From: a bacterium
GTDB taxonomy: Bacteria; UBP4; UBA4092; JAOAEQ01
Length of the DNA: 64,000 nucleotides
Reading direction: 5' to 3'
NCBI GenBank assembly: GCA_026416715.1
Contig: JAOAEQ010000005.1
Coordinates: forward strand, 1,190-65,189
Shown: positions 30,557 through 39,769 of the stretch, piece by piece
How positions within the stretch are numbered: the stretch's first letter is position 1
Layout of the letters: each line of letters opens with the position of its first letter
Position numbers and translations under genes: made by a program
The notes under the pieces: model-generated
What the model saw: only the letters and a program-made list of their open reading frames with translations
Database searches by the model: none
What the model was told of the DNA's origin: nothing

Positions 30557-30711
30557 AATAAGTGATAGGAACCATAAGCGAATTAAAAATATTTTGGGTT
30601 ACATATTAAGAATTCACCGTTGTACGATAGGTTAACCCAATATTAGATTCTGATTTATCTTAACGTTATAGTTTATCCAAAACTGCATTTTAAGTAATCA
30701 TCCAACTTCTG

Positions 30712-31683
30712 TTAGCGTATAATGGCAAATCCACCAACTTTAAACAATTCTAACCATAATGGTTCTAATCCACCCACTTCAAATTCTAGGGTAACATAAT
30801 TGTTCCGGGTAACGACCTTACTTTTCCAGTCAATTTTCTGGGCGATAAACTTCCTCCGAAATGCTTCTCCAATAAACTCGGCATCATCAATAACATCCTT
30901 AATCCTATTTATTTTGGCAACGTCAAACAGCATCGTTCCACGCAATCTATCCGAATTAATAATATCCATCTCAATCACAATACTACGAATATCTTCTGCA
31001 GAAAGTAACAAACTCATTTTCCATTTTTTCTCACGCAAAAGCAGGAATTTAGCAAAATGTTGGTGATTATTATTGCAAAAAATTATTATATCTCGTCGAG
31101 GTATTGAGCTGGCTCCTCCAGCTACAATATCCGGTACCGTGATTATATGTTTGATTTTACGCAAATAAACCTGAATGGTCGTTTGTATTGCCGCTAGGTT
31201 ATTCCCGATAATTAATTGATGGTCTAAAATTGCGTATCCAATCTTTTTCGTCCATGAAGTATCCGTCCCGTAAATAATCTGAAAACCGGATTCCGTATAG
31301 GTAGTCCAATTCGATTTTGCACCTAATTCATTACTCAATTTATTTTTTATAAACTTTATAAACTCAGTATTATTGTTAACTGCTTGCCGATAAGTTAATA
31401 TTACTATATATTGGAGATTATTAGGATCAGAATCAGGATAAAGTGCTGCTATACCGGAAACCGGTGTGAGTTTGGCTACAATCTCGCGTATCGAACTTTT
31501 TCTCGGGATAGTAACCCAGTTGTCAAATAGCCAGGATATTCCTGGGTCATTTGATTTGACATCTACTTTTAAATAAACAATTGCATTTGATGCCACTAGT
31601 ACTTGTTCTTCTGCATTTATCAGTCCAAAATATGAAAATAATATCACCACACTTACTAAAATTAATGTGTAATTCGGTTGCAT
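30712..31683 (-). CDS. Hypothetical secreted or membrane-anchored protein
   Basis: Start taken at internal Met (MQPNYTLILVSVVILFSYFGLINA signal-like segment); no recognisable domain. Confidence 0.45.
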   Translation of the reverse strand: MQPNYTLILVSVVILFSYFGLINAEEQVLVASNAIVYLKVDVKSNDPGISWLFDNWVTIPRKSSIREIVAKLTPVSGIAALYPDSDPNNLQYIVILTYRQAVNNNTEFIKFIKNKLSNELGAKSNWTTYTESGFQIIYGTDTSWTKKIGYAILDHQLIIGNNLAAIQTTIQVYLRKIKHIITVPDIVAGGASSIPRRDIIIFCNNNHQHFAKFLLLREKKWKMSLLLSAEDIRSIVIEMDIINSDRLRGTMLFDVAKINRIKDVIDDAEFIGEAFRRKFIAQKIDWKSKVVTRNNYVTLEFEVGGLEPLWLELFKVGGFAIIR

Positions 31684-31873
31684 ATTTGTTTTTTTATAAT
31701 AACACTTTTTAAAACATAAATATTCTATCATATCAATATCATATCACTACATCATTCTCTATCTTAGCACTTTTCTTTTCAAACAGTATTAGATTCTGTC
31801 CTTAAAATACTTTTCCTTAAAAAATTAATGTAAGTAGATAACAAAATAAATTTATTATCAGTTATTCTTTCGG

Positions 31874-34639
31874 TCATTGAAAATCTATCCAACCCAAATC
31901 AATCGCTTCTCCAAACGTACCCTCCCCATCTCGATAGAAACCAAAAATTACTTTATAAGAAAGTGGTTCTGCAATAATATCGTTATGAATAATAACATAC
32001 TTCCCTACTGGCCAATGAGTGGTAACTGGATAAGGATAAAAATCCCAATTCTGCCCTTTCATCTGCCTATTAGATTCTGGCAATAATCCCACATCTTCTT
32101 CTTTTACTCTGCCGTGAATATAAACCAACCAATCCTTTTCTAACGGTTGATTTACTTTAAACAAGAAATACAGTCGATATTTTTTAGGTTCTAATTTTTT
32201 TAAATACACGTCAATAAAAGTTATTGCTGGATGGATAACTTTTTCTTTTCCACTCTGATGTTTAATACATAATGTTTCGAAGCTAGATGCTATTTCCCTG
32301 TATAGTTCGGGGATAATATTTTCGTAAAAAGCATAGGTCTGTAAAAATTCACCTATTTCAAAAATATTTTTACTGATTGATAACTGTTTCCACCTTTTAT
32401 ACAGTAAACCATCAAGATTATCCGTTGCAAAATCAATCCACCCTAATGGAATCGGTTTCCCGAAGGTTTTTCCTCCTTTATAAAAGCCGATAACTATATT
32501 ATATGGAATTGGTTCTGCTGAAATCACTCTCGATACAATGATGCTTTCATTTTTCCGCCAAGTTGATGTAGGTGGATCTGGCCAAAAATCCCAATTTTGT
32601 CCTTTCCACGATTGTACTTTTTCTGGTAACCTTGAAACATCTTCTTCTGCCACTTTACCGTGAACATATATTGCCCAATCGGTATCCATAAGTTCTTCCG
32701 TTTTAAATAATAAATATAGTTTATATTGTTTTGGATCAATCTTTTTATAATAATATCCCAAAAAGGATACCGCTGAATTCACTGCGAATCCCTGATGTTT
32801 AGTATATTCGGATATTATAGCCCTATATTTTTTATCTATTTCTTGAAATAGTTCCGGAAACGCTCTCTGATTAGATTGATATAATGAACGAAATTCATAG
32901 ATTTCAAATGGATTATTACTTGCTAAGATACGTTGCTGAGTTTTATCGACCTCATTTTTCGAAATCGAATACAGATACCAACTATACCCGTCTATTGGTT
33001 GTGCACCGGCATCGATACTCTGGTACGGCGTTTTTTTACCCTGCAATAATGCAGCAAGTTTACCACTCCAAGTTAAACATGGATATTCCTCGATTCTCGT
33101 AAACGTTGTTTCGAGGGTTAGTCCGAAAAGATTCGGTTCTCGAGAAACATAATAAATCTTTTTAACTCCAATATAATTACTAGGCCAATCTATTAAAACT
33201 GGATTATTGCGTTTATAGTAATACGGCAAAAATTCGTTAAAATAAAGCATGATTTTCTGTTCATATTCTTCTACTTGTTTAACTACCACTACTGCACCAG
33301 TAGAAAGTTTCTGGTCTAATTCAGTTAGCAATCGCTTTTCAATAGTTCTTGCATTATATTGCACAAGAAATTGATAAAGGAAATTGTGATAATTAACCAC
33401 GAGAAAGAAAAATAAAAACAAAACGACACCTCCAACTATGACCATGCCGAATCTTCTATTATTTTTAGCATGAGCCCAGATGGGTATAGTAGAAAAAGCT
33501 AATATTATTGCCAGCAATGGTACCACCGGATACCAATATCGTAATGCTTGCTCCCACGAGGTACAAAGAATGCAATATAATCCTATAAACTCAATAATAA
33601 GTATTAGGAAAAAAGTATTCGATTTCGCAATCGTTTGCGTTTTTCCATAAATTCGTCCCCAAATATATATTCCTTTTCGCAGATATCCCAGCCGCACCAA
33701 TCCTAATAATAGAAAGGCAATACTGAGAATAATCTGGGTATCAAGCAATAAGATACTTCGAACCAACCACCATCCGTTACTTACCAAAAGTTTTAAAGTT
33801 ATCGTTGGGACACCGTATCCACCTCCTTGAAAGGCTAGTTTGACTCGGAAAAAAGTGTATAGCAATACTAAAATCAACGGTAGCAGGCGGAATAAATATT
33901 TTTTCGAACTATGGTTTGATTCTAAGATGATGAAAATTAATAAAAATATAAACAGTAAAATGATATTTATCTCTTTCACAATTGATAAGCCAAAATAGCT
34001 AATGTAAATGAGAAAAAGATTCAACCGCGATGTAGAACTAAATTCGCCATTGGACTGGACAATGAGTATCGCTATTGCATAGTTAATGATGGCTAAAAAT
34101 AAACCGGTATGTAATTCCACCGGAGCTAGTCTTGCTTCGGGGTTATTGGGAAAGAAAAAGAATATGAAACTAAATGTTAGAACCGGAATATTGAATGATT
34201 TAATTAGCCTAATGAAACAGCGATTGACATTATCTTTTCCCTGGTGTAATGATTGTTGCTCGTGATTGGTTTGTATGAATAAAGAAAGACATTTAATCCA
34301 GAAATAAAACGAAATAAGTTTTACTACCCAACGAAATGCATGATGTAAAACCGGATTTGGTCCAAACAAAAACCAGACAAAAAAGTTATAAATATAGAGA
34401 AACGGACGATATCGACCGGAACCCAAATTGATAAATGTATTGTTAACCCAAGCAGCGAATTCACTGGCATTTTCGGCCAACTTAACCACTTGCCAGTCAA
34501 TATAATCGTCAATAAGTCCAAACGGCGTTTTCAGTGAATAATATATTGCAGGAAGAAGGAGAACAAAAATAATTAGGTAGATTAACCAATTTAAGAAGTG
34601 CGTTTTCATACTCTTTCGATAATTTGAACTTTTGACCAT
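31874..34639 (-). CDS. Large polytopic membrane protein with tandemly duplicated C-terminal extracytoplasmic domain
   Basis: 921 aa; N-terminal about 420 aa with many TM helices; two about 160 aa repeats (FEIYEF...GWIDFATD and FEIGEF...GWIDFQ) sharing KGQNWDF and GWIDF motifs. Confidence 0.6.
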   Translation of the reverse strand: MVKSSNYRKSMKTHFLNWLIYLIIFVLLLPAIYYSLKTPFGLIDDYIDWQVVKLAENASEFAAWVNNTFINLGSGRYRPFLYIYNFFVWFLFGPNPVLHHAFRWVVKLISFYFWIKCLSLFIQTNHEQQSLHQGKDNVNRCFIRLIKSFNIPVLTFSFIFFFFPNNPEARLAPVELHTGLFLAIINYAIAILIVQSNGEFSSTSRLNLFLIYISYFGLSIVKEINIILLFIFLLIFIILESNHSSKKYLFRLLPLILVLLYTFFRVKLAFQGGGYGVPTITLKLLVSNGWWLVRSILLLDTQIILSIAFLLLGLVRLGYLRKGIYIWGRIYGKTQTIAKSNTFFLILIIEFIGLYCILCTSWEQALRYWYPVVPLLAIILAFSTIPIWAHAKNNRRFGMVIVGGVVLFLFFFLVVNYHNFLYQFLVQYNARTIEKRLLTELDQKLSTGAVVVVKQVEEYEQKIMLYFNEFLPYYYKRNNPVLIDWPSNYIGVKKIYYVSREPNLFGLTLETTFTRIEEYPCLTWSGKLAALLQGKKTPYQSIDAGAQPIDGYSWYLYSISKNEVDKTQQRILASNNPFEIYEFRSLYQSNQRAFPELFQEIDKKYRAIISEYTKHQGFAVNSAVSFLGYYYKKIDPKQYKLYLLFKTEELMDTDWAIYVHGKVAEEDVSRLPEKVQSWKGQNWDFWPDPPTSTWRKNESIIVSRVISAEPIPYNIVIGFYKGGKTFGKPIPLGWIDFATDNLDGLLYKRWKQLSISKNIFEIGEFLQTYAFYENIIPELYREIASSFETLCIKHQSGKEKVIHPAITFIDVYLKKLEPKKYRLYFLFKVNQPLEKDWLVYIHGRVKEEDVGLLPESNRQMKGQNWDFYPYPVTTHWPVGKYVIIHNDIIAEPLSYKVIFGFYRDGEGTFGEAIDLGWIDFQ

Positions 34640-34668
34640 TTAAGTTTAATATATTCTGAACCTAAATT

Positions 34669-35364
34669 TTATTTTTTCCGCGCACAAACTGCAATGGTGA
34701 CCATCCATCGTGCTAATCTCTTATCTAACTTCTTATCCAACCATCTTAATATGCCATTCAACCAAGGAATAACAGATGGGAATACATGAATGCCTTTGTA
34801 TTCAAGTATTTCTAAATTAAGATTCTCTAGAAAAATCCGAAATGCTTTATAATAATGGAGCCAATTTTCGTATCCTTTATGCCTTCTTACTCCAATTACA
34901 TTGGCTAAAACAACCGCAAAATACCAGAATGATTTATTGGGAACAGTGATACAAATAATCCCATTTTTTTAAGACACGAACCAGTTCCCGAGTAGCTTGT
35001 AGCGGGTTGGAAGTATGTTCGATAACATCAGAAGAAATAACATATCCAAATGCATTTTCCTTAAAAGGCATCGCGAGAATTGAACCAACCACACCGTGAG
35101 CCATTGAATTTTTTTCTTTTGTTATCTTAACGAGTCGTTCACCAATATCAATTGCAATTACTTTTCCGGATCTATCTATTATCGCTTTCGTAAACCACCC
35201 GGTACCGCAACCGGCATCGAGAATAAGTTTATTCTCTAATATTTGCGTACCTAAAAATCAGTAAAAATAACCTCAATTCTTCTCTGGGTATCATATCGGT
35301 TGCTTAGTGAATCAAATTTAATAGCTATTTCATTATAAAATTTCTCTTTATCATTACTTTTCAC
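34669..35364 (-). pseudogene. Class I SAM-dependent methyltransferase interrupted by two frameshifts in homopolymer runs
   Basis: No ORF of 60 aa or more in the track; manual minus-strand translation gives three consecutive frames with methyltransferase motifs (LILDAGCGTGWF, VIAIDI, RVLKK then GIICITVPN); frame breaks coincide with T7 (34964-34970) and A5 (35252-35256) on the plus strand; no in-frame ATG. Confidence 0.5.
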
Positions 35365-36277
35365 AATTTTTTTCTTTAATAATATATTGTGGTCTGCGTT
35401 TCGATTCAATAAATAGTTTCCCTAAATACTCACCAATTATTCCTAAGATGAGAAGTTGTATACTCCCGATAAACAAGACACTAACAATAAGTGACGCCCA
35501 ACCAGGAACAGTTTTATCAGTAAATATTGTTATACCTACCGCATATCCTCCATAAAGAATGCATAAAAATGCTAATATTAATCCTAAAAAGGTTGCTAAA
35601 TGCAATGGCCTAGTACTAAATGAAGTAATTCCGGTTATCGCAAGAAGAATCATATTTTTAAAGGAATATTTGGTCTTCCCGGAATATCTTTTTTGAGGAG
35701 TATATTCTAATGCATATTGGCGGAAACCAACCCAAGAAACTAACCCTCGAAGGAAAATAAAGGTCTCATTCAGTTCTCGTAATATATCAATCACCTTTCT
35801 ATCTAATAATCGGAAATCTGCTGTTCCCGGAGTTATTTCAATTTCAGATATTTTATTCAGTAGTTTATAGAATAACCACGACGTTTTTCTCTTTAAAAAT
35901 GAAGCATCAGGGTATTCTTTCCGGACAGTATACACGATATCGTATCCTTCTTGCCATTTTTGAATCATCGCATCAACTAATTCTGGAGGATGTTGTAAAT
36001 CTGCATCAAGAGTGATTAAACAGTCTCCTGTCGAATAATCTAGCCCGGCTTTTAATGCTTTTTGTTGGCCAAAATTTCGCGAAAACGCAAGATATTTTAT
36101 CTTAGCTCCGTTTTCTACAAGTTCTTTAATTCGTTCTAACGTTGCATCCGTACTGCCGTCATCAACAAAAATAATTTCGTAATCCGAATACTTGTTTAAG
36201 ACCTCGGTTAGTTTCTTTACAAGAATCGGAATATTTTGTTCTTCATTATAACAGGGGATTACTACAGATATTTTCAT
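35354..36277 (-). CDS. GT2 polyprenyl-phosphate sugar synthase (GtrB/ArnC-like)
   Basis: VVIPCYNEE...IFVDDGSTD...LDADLQHPP GT2 motifs and C-terminal TM helices. Confidence 0.8.
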   Translation of the reverse strand: MKISVVIPCYNEEQNIPILVKKLTEVLNKYSDYEIIFVDDGSTDATLERIKELVENGAKIKYLAFSRNFGQQKALKAGLDYSTGDCLITLDADLQHPPELVDAMIQKWQEGYDIVYTVRKEYPDASFLKRKTSWLFYKLLNKISEIEITPGTADFRLLDRKVIDILRELNETFIFLRGLVSWVGFRQYALEYTPQKRYSGKTKYSFKNMILLAITGITSFSTRPLHLATFLGLILAFLCILYGGYAVGITIFTDKTVPGWASLIVSVLFIGSIQLLILGIIGEYLGKLFIESKRRPQYIIKEKNCEK

Positions 36278-36292
36278 GGTATCGTTTGGGTA

Positions 36293-37366
36293 TTAGTATA
36301 ATTGAATATCATCAATAAATATTTCGCAATTAACTCCGAGTGTATTGATTCCGATAACTTCCATAACCATATTTTTAGTACTCCATTGGTTTACTGGATT
36401 TAATGCGGTCGCAACTGCCTGTTGATAAAGATCATTTGCTTCAATTTTCGTCCATACTTTTGGTTGCAAACGGATAACAGCAGAAATTCCACCAGCTTCG
36501 GGTCCATATTTTGCTTGTGGTTCGGTTTTTTCATATCGAAAACTAACAACCAATTGCACCACTGATTCTTTGTTTGCATAAACGAACATTCTAACTCCAA
36601 CAGGATGGGTAAACGGCAGAAATACGACCTTCCCCCATAAATCTGGATTTTGTTCGTTATACTCAATCGAGAACAATTCGGATTTTTGACCCCGATATGA
36701 AAGAGTTGAACTTAATGTATGTGTTTTTATTACAGCAGTATTATTTTTTACCCAACGGTCAAAAACTGGTACACTTGTTCGCTCAAAATTTTCTACAGTT
36801 ACAAAAACATCGTGACCATTCCACAGGATATTTTTCCATGGTTTTAAAAAACTTTGATTAGCCATTTGTTTTAGTGTTGCCAAAGAAGCGATCGGATCGC
36901 ATGAGAGCATAGCTCCTAAACTATATGCATCTTCCGCTTCAACCCATTTCTTTTCAACAACATATACAGAAGCGATTGACCAACAGATAGTCTGCATTTC
37001 TTCACGGAAGCTTACCCAGTCAACATGAGTCGGTCGAATCTGCTGAAATCTATAAAACATATCGAGTGTTCGGGTATATTTTTTCTGCAAATAGTATAAT
37101 TTTCCTAAATAAAAATAAGCTTCTCGATCCTCTGGATTTATCTGAATAGCTTTTTCAAAGCTATAAATCGCAGGCAATATTTGTCCATTCTTAAATAACT
37201 CTTTTCCTCGAATAACCGCTACTTTGGGATCGGATAAAGCTATTTGTCGCATATATATTGAGCCCCAAAAAACTATTATGAGAAATCCAATAAGCAAAAA
37301 TAGCCAAATGATCAAAATTCCATTAAGGTTTAGTTTCTTCATATTGTTATTATTCGAAATAATCAT
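36293..37366 (-). CDS. Signal-anchored TPR protein with C-terminal domain shared with the C25-like peptidase at 39770-43228
   Basis: N-terminal hydrophobic segment, TPR-like repeats (REAYFYLGKLYYLQKKY), C-terminal about 170 aa (SYRGQKSEL...GINTLGVNCEIFIDDIQLY) homologous to the C-terminus of the 1152 aa protein; 4-bp overlap with the upstream gene. Confidence 0.55.
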   Translation of the reverse strand: MIISNNNNMKKLNLNGILIIWLFLLIGFLIIVFWGSIYMRQIALSDPKVAVIRGKELFKNGQILPAIYSFEKAIQINPEDREAYFYLGKLYYLQKKYTRTLDMFYRFQQIRPTHVDWVSFREEMQTICWSIASVYVVEKKWVEAEDAYSLGAMLSCDPIASLATLKQMANQSFLKPWKNILWNGHDVFVTVENFERTSVPVFDRWVKNNTAVIKTHTLSSTLSYRGQKSELFSIEYNEQNPDLWGKVVFLPFTHPVGVRMFVYANKESVVQLVVSFRYEKTEPQAKYGPEAGGISAVIRLQPKVWTKIEANDLYQQAVATALNPVNQWSTKNMVMEVIGINTLGVNCEIFIDDIQLY

Positions 37367-39519
37367 TCAGGTCGAAAATCTTCATTTCGAGTTAAAATAA
37401 CCGCATCAAATGTATGCCATACTCTCATATCTTTTGCAGAAACAGCTAAAATATTCTCGCCTTTATTCAATAATAAACTTCCACCAGTGAACCACCCAAT
37501 CTCTTCAGGAACCCAGTCAGGTTTAATAACAGTTTCTTCCCCATGATTGGTAGAAATAAAATATTCTCCGGCTTTGCGTATTCTTAGCCAAACATAATAT
37601 TTTCCTGTAATCGGTATATTAATGACAAATTGATGTTTTTTGTGCGAATATTCATTACATAATTCATCTTTCGGATTCCATTTAACCGCTTCAGCAGGAA
37701 AATAACTCCCTGAACTATCTACCAACCATCCCGAACCACTCGTTGCGCGCAGAACAATTGAATCGTTACTATAGATTTCCTGAACAGGTTGCAGTGGTTT
37801 TAACCATATTTGGATATCAAGCTCATTCATTAATTTCTTTGCATGAATATACGTTTCTCTTTTCGTCAGCGAGATATCGTCTATCGATTCGACAAACCGT
37901 TGAATTTTGCTCGAGGCAAAAACAATACTGGTAACCAATGAATAATATCCTTGACTCGTGACTTGAATTTTTCTGCCCGGATTAGTCTCAAAAGAAAATT
38001 TCCCGGAATTATCACTGGTGATCGTATCATAGATTATACCGGTATTGAGCAAACCTGTTCCTGGAGAAACTAATTTAACCACTGCTGGAATCGGGTTCCC
38101 GTGGACGTCGGTTACAACCCCAGTGACTTTGACTGAAGTAATAATATCAACCGTTTTTTCTTGTTTTGGCAAAAAATAAATTGGATTTGCTATCGCTACT
38201 CCAGAAGAAGAATCCAGTTGTACTAAATACCAAGCTTTTTCAGTTTCGTTAATTAAATATTCATACTGAAATTCTTTTTTTCGTTCCGGTATATACACCG
38301 TATTAATAACCATCCCATTTCGAATAATTTTTAGTTTTTTCAATTCATCTCCATACCCGGCAGTATAACATAGAATACGCATAGAATGTTGTTGTGCATC
38401 AGGTTCCAGAATGGTACCGGGTAAAAAGGTATCAATTGAAAATAGAAGCAGTGGTCCTGTAGTAGCAAAATTTTTCCCCTGTTTCAAATTCTGCATAATC
38501 TGATTATAATCAAACTTCTCGCTATAGGTATAGGTTCTACCCCATCCAATGTCTCCTCCTGTTTCTGTATCTAATCCTGTATCGCTATTCATCACTCCCG
38601 CAACTCGATATCCAGCGTTCAAAATGGCAAACCAGGTCTGAAGGTCTCTTTCATTCTCGAGAATCTCAATTGCATCAACTGCACCGCATACTACTGCTAA
38701 TGGTAATTCTCGCGCTAAATTGCTTAACACTGCATTTTTTCTATTATCTAACCACCAACGAGTAGGATGTGCAGCAATAAATACCGGATTATGCTTATTT
38801 GTTCGTTCCTCCTCACTTTGCTCAATCAAATGCCATCCTTCTTGTCCTATAAGATTTGGGAGATTTAACCGAAGATAATGGATTTTGGGAATTTTATCGT
38901 TATATCCTTTCATTTCGACGCCGGGTCGGCATATAAAATCTGTATCACTATTTTCATTACAGATAGTAAATATTTGGTCGTTGGTTAAATTTTTCACGGA
39001 ATCATAGAGTTGAACAAATGTGACATAATCTAATCCAACCGCTCGAGCTAACATAGCACCATACTGTATATTAGTAGCAATCCTTGCATTTTCTCGTCTA
39101 GCAACATGAATATGCGAATCACCACAATACCATTTGATTTGCGGTAAATTAACCAGGCGTTTTAATCTAACCAGAACATTCCTTCTCTGTGGTGATAATC
39201 TAACGATAACCTGTTGCGGCTGATATTCAAAGCCACGGCTAACGAAAATTTTCACTGTTCCTAATGGAAGAATGAAGTCGCCCTGCCCGTCGATAAAAAC
39301 CGCGTGATTTTGATAGGGACTTTTCGCGTAGGTTTTATTTTCACACTCAATGACTAATTTTGCGGGCATTAATTGGCCAGTTTCATGGTCAACAACTCGA
39401 ATTCGTAACTCCGCAGTTTTTACTTGGGATAATTGATGAACTGATGTACATCCTATCGTAACTACCCATATAAATATCAACCCTACATAAAAGAATTGCT
39501 TATAGGAATATTTCTCCAT
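37363..39519 (-). CDS. Putative lipoprotein: PHP/CehA-McbA-like metallohydrolase with Ig-like beta-sandwich domain
   Basis: Signal peptide with possible lipobox (VVTIGCTS); CGDSHIHV resembles the N-terminal H-x-H metal motif of PHP-type hydrolases; mid-protein CarboxypepD_reg-like segment (VTGVVTDVHGNPIPAVVKL). Confidence 0.45.
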   Translation of the reverse strand: MEKYSYKQFFYVGLIFIWVVTIGCTSVHQLSQVKTAELRIRVVDHETGQLMPAKLVIECENKTYAKSPYQNHAVFIDGQGDFILPLGTVKIFVSRGFEYQPQQVIVRLSPQRRNVLVRLKRLVNLPQIKWYCGDSHIHVARRENARIATNIQYGAMLARAVGLDYVTFVQLYDSVKNLTNDQIFTICNENSDTDFICRPGVEMKGYNDKIPKIHYLRLNLPNLIGQEGWHLIEQSEEERTNKHNPVFIAAHPTRWWLDNRKNAVLSNLARELPLAVVCGAVDAIEILENERDLQTWFAILNAGYRVAGVMNSDTGLDTETGGDIGWGRTYTYSEKFDYNQIMQNLKQGKNFATTGPLLLFSIDTFLPGTILEPDAQQHSMRILCYTAGYGDELKKLKIIRNGMVINTVYIPERKKEFQYEYLINETEKAWYLVQLDSSSGVAIANPIYFLPKQEKTVDIITSVKVTGVVTDVHGNPIPAVVKLVSPGTGLLNTGIIYDTITSDNSGKFSFETNPGRKIQVTSQGYYSLVTSIVFASSKIQRFVESIDDISLTKRETYIHAKKLMNELDIQIWLKPLQPVQEIYSNDSIVLRATSGSGWLVDSSGSYFPAEAVKWNPKDELCNEYSHKKHQFVINIPITGKYYVWLRIRKAGEYFISTNHGEETVIKPDWVPEEIGWFTGGSLLLNKGENILAVSAKDMRVWHTFDAVILTRNEDFRPE

Positions 39520-39769
39520 AACTATTATTCCTAAATTAAACGCCGTACCCTCGAATGTAAAGTCAATTTGCTTTGATATAATGTGTTACATTAGCCATTC
39601 CACGTTTTTTCGGATTTCACTCCATTGAACAATCTTGGCTGCGCGAAACAAAAAAAAGACACTCGATACTTTACTATTTTTATTAAACCAAATCTCTTCA
39701 AAATTTGAGAATTCTGTAGTACCAAATGTCCTTTATAATGACGCAAATTTTGGATAGAATGCATACATT

